From Octopus sinensis (lineage: Eukaryota), in contig NW_021835988.1 of the NCBI RefSeq assembly GCF_006345805.1, forward strand, positions 124,001-188,000: 64,000 nucleotides of DNA. The letters run 5' to 3'. The notes under the pieces were generated by a model. It did no database searches. It saw nothing but the letters and a program-made list of their open reading frames with translations, and was not told the DNA's origin. The translations under genes were made by a program, and so were the position numbers. This document shows positions 61,281 to 64,000 of the stretch, piece by piece (within the stretch, counting starts at the first letter, position 1; every line of letters begins with the position of its first letter).

Positions 61281-62758
61281 ATGGCTACAATTAAAAAGAT
61301 ATTAGGCCAAAGAAAGAGTGAGGTGGTAATTTTGGACAACTATCTTTACAATAAGGATAGGGACATTGACGAAAAAACGACGAGATGGAGATGTCGGAAA
61401 CGAACGTGTCGGGGGGCGTTAATTTTGGACGAGAACAGCGAAGTCGTTGATAGGGTAGAGCATAATCATCATCCAGAAGATGATAACTCAATCAAACTCC
61501 TCGAGGCTAAAGCTGAACTGCGGAAAAAAGCAGCCGAGTCAATGGATAGGCCACTAAATGTTGTTGTGAATACAGTAGCGGCCTATTCAGCAGAAGTCAA
61601 AGGGAATCTCCCAAAGACACAATCAATGGCTAAGACTGTGACTCGAGTCAGAAACAGAAGCATGCAAGTAACAGCTGTTACGAGATCTGATATTCCTGAT
61701 GGCTGTAAAAAAAACAAACGTGGTGAAACGTTTTTTCGCAAAGATTCTGGAATCAATGACGTTAACCGACACGTCATTTTTGCTTCTGATTTTCAGCTTT
61801 GTTTTCTAAAAAAGTCGAAAATTTGGATTGTTGATGGAACATTTAAAAGTGTCCCAAATCATTTTCAACAATTGGTGACGATATTTGTCAAATATTTGGG
61901 TAGTTACTGGCCTTGTTTTTCGGGCTTTTGGCGAATAAAACGCATGAGTGCTATACGCACTTTTTAATGAGGTCAAAACCCTAACTGACAGTGACCCAAA
62001 CATATTGTTTTGGACTTTGAAAAGGGGCTAATTAACTCTTCGGCTGCAGTTTTTACTTCGGCTAGGGTGTCGGGGTGCAACTTTCATCTTGGGCAGATGA
62101 TTTGGAGGAAAGTCCAAGCCGAGGGACTTTGTGTACAATACAAAGATAAAGAGTGGCAACACCAGATTATCAGAGATTGCTTTTCTCTGGCTTTTATTGA
62201 TGAGAAGGATGTTCTTTTCCAATTCGAAAAAATCTGCTTTAATTATGCAGAAATGACCGAAAAGGATACAAAGCTAGATGAATTTTTGGAATATTTTAAA
62301 AAACAATTTATTCCCGGACTTGATGGTGAATCGCCAAGTTATGATGTTTCATTTTGGTCATGTTTTGAAAGGATCAAATCATCTGTTCCAAGAACTTCAA
62401 ATGTACTAGAATCTTGGCATCGGGTTCTTAATAGTTTTTTTCTAACCGCGCATCCTCACCTGACAAATCTAATTAATGTACTTTGTGTGCTAGAAGAAGA
62501 AAAGTATGTGAGGATGTGTCAAGCGAAGTGCGGAAAATATGAACTACCTAAATCTGACTTTAAAAAGGAAGAAGAACTGAAAGTAATTTGTTATCACTAC
62601 CAAGAATTTGAAACGGATGATTTCTTAAGAATCATTGCTAAGTACACTTCTTTTAAAACAGAATAAAATTTTTATTGTTTTCTTCCTAAGCGAGTTGTCC
62701 GTCCTTGTTATTGTCGAGTTCCAGGACAACTCGCCTGTAGGCGAGTTGTCTGGCACCG
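61281..62758 (+). mobile_element. MULE (Mutator-like) transposon: FLYWCH plus MULE transposase with three 1-nt frameshifts; right terminus only
   Basis: YLYNKD..RWRCRKRTCRG..HNH; WIVDGTFKSVP..QLVTI; DFEKGLINS; GCNFHLGQMIWRK; RTSNVLESWH; GGCGAGTTGTC repeats ending TGGCACCG. Confidence 0.88.
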
Positions 62759-62769
62759 TAAGGCAGTTA

Positions 62770-63140
62770 ACGGAAAAGATTTCAAAACCGTTTTACTAGA
62801 AATAAAAGCATTATGTTTATTGAAAGATATTACTAATCCTATTTTTATTATGGATAATGCGAGGATTCATCACTACCGTGGACTGGAAAATGATACTGAA
62901 GTATCAACTAATCAGGAAATTTTTGCCACTATACTGTCCATTTTTAAATCATATTGAAAATGTTTTTTCAGTATGGAAAAACTTGGTAGTCCGTGGTAAA
63001 GCCAAGAATGAAAAAGATCTTAGATGCCTAATTACATCTAAATTCAACGAAATAACAAGTGAAAATTGCGAATCCTTCTACAGAAAGATGTTAACGTATT
63101 TGAATAGATGCTCAAATTCTGAAGTGATTCAAGAATAACG
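62770..63140 (+). mobile_element. Tc1/IS630-like (DDE_3) transposase C-terminal fragment
   Basis: FIMDNARIHH and FLPLYCPFLNHIENVFSVWK in adjacent frames. Confidence 0.85.
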
Positions 63141-64000
63141 ATAATTTACTCTTTTTGATCTTTTTTTCTTTGAATTTCCATAATAAAAATAGGATTATTT
63201 GTCGGCGAACCATCACATCATTAGATATTATTTGTCGGCGAACCATCGCCGAGATTTATCACCAAATAAGTGTGTCTTCAACATCGCCAATGGCTGTCAG
63301 TACCTGGAAAAGAAAGAGGCGAGTTTGCCTACCAGCATCAATTTGCGAATAGAGAATGTAGCGACCAGAAACAGAAGTTTAATTAATTAAAAAAGACTAG
63401 AAAAAGATCAAAATATTAGAAAAAATCAGAATAGTAAAAAAGAATCAAAATAATAGAAAAATCAAAATAAACAATAAAATACTAGAAAGAAATAAATTGA
63501 AAAAAGTTTGTATGAATGCATATTAATTAAATGATAAAATGAATACAAATTCACTTGCAAAATATATTTTATGCAAGATATTTTACCAGCAATCAATTTA
63601 ATTAATAGTCAAACAAATAAAAAACGAAAATATTGTAAAAATTAAACATAAAAACACGAAATAATAAAATAAGAATTAGCTGCAACACATGCACAACAAA
63701 AGAAAATAATATAAAGTGCGTAATAATTTATCGTAGTTAATTCATAAATTAAAAACATTTAAAAATAAAATAAATAACATGTAATGTCTAAATCTGTTTT
63801 AATTCTGCTCGGAACGTAAATTCAAAACACTATAAGATATGTGGCGTGCCTCACCTACGACGTGGTGGCATTCCACAATAAATGTGAAAAAGAGCCGCAA
63901 ACTCCCTATCCCTTCTTCATGGAGACGTGGATGGTGTCGTGCATTTCTACTTATCTCTGACGTTGTCAAATTAATTTCAGGAACAGCTCTGATTAATGTC

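Noticed and set aside
1-64000. Alternative genetic code explaining in-frame stops
   Set aside because: Stops replace different residues (Trp in the LINE, Gly in hAT 58320) and involve TAA, TAG and TGA. Long ORFs use TGG for Trp and end at standard stops.
1-64000. Fanzor/TnpB, snRNA, rRNA or spliced-leader RNA genes
   Set aside because: No RuvC/zinc-finger motif set and no recognisable U1, U2, U6 or rRNA sequence seen by eye. A divergent SL RNA cannot be excluded without a covariance search.

Overview
AT-rich eukaryotic (animal-like) DNA, dominated by decayed and nested transposable elements. Four host genes are recognisable: a DysF-type ferlin (- strand), Raptor/RPTOR (-), WDR37 (-) and MRGBP/Eaf7 (+). 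There is also one tRNA-Gly(GCC). Aligning the translations by eye to remembered orthologues gives about 20 spliceosomal introns, all 21-29 nt with very degenerate donors, which suggests a dicyemid-like genome (inference). Ferlin, Raptor and WDR37 are each broken inside a coding exon by an insertion: a complete non-autonomous Helitron, a near-intact hAT with an 8-bp TSD, and a 1-kb composite. Ferlin also has large internal deletions. Mobile elements include hAT (several), Helitron, Tigger/pogo, Tc1-like, Merlin, MULE, Ginger-like integrase transposons carrying tiny introns at family-specific positions, CRE-clade and R4/Dong-like REL retrotransposon fragments, and I/Jockey-like LINEs. One LINE forms a 4.6-kb head-to-tail array (36.2-46.8 kb). 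The most interesting signals are intron gain/loss between Ginger families, three 24-nt in-frame introns lacking AG, the LINE array carrying a CRE fragment, and the cluster of broken conserved genes. Caveats: all homology calls come from motif recognition, not database searches. Many single-base frameshifts lie in homopolymers and may be sequencing errors.
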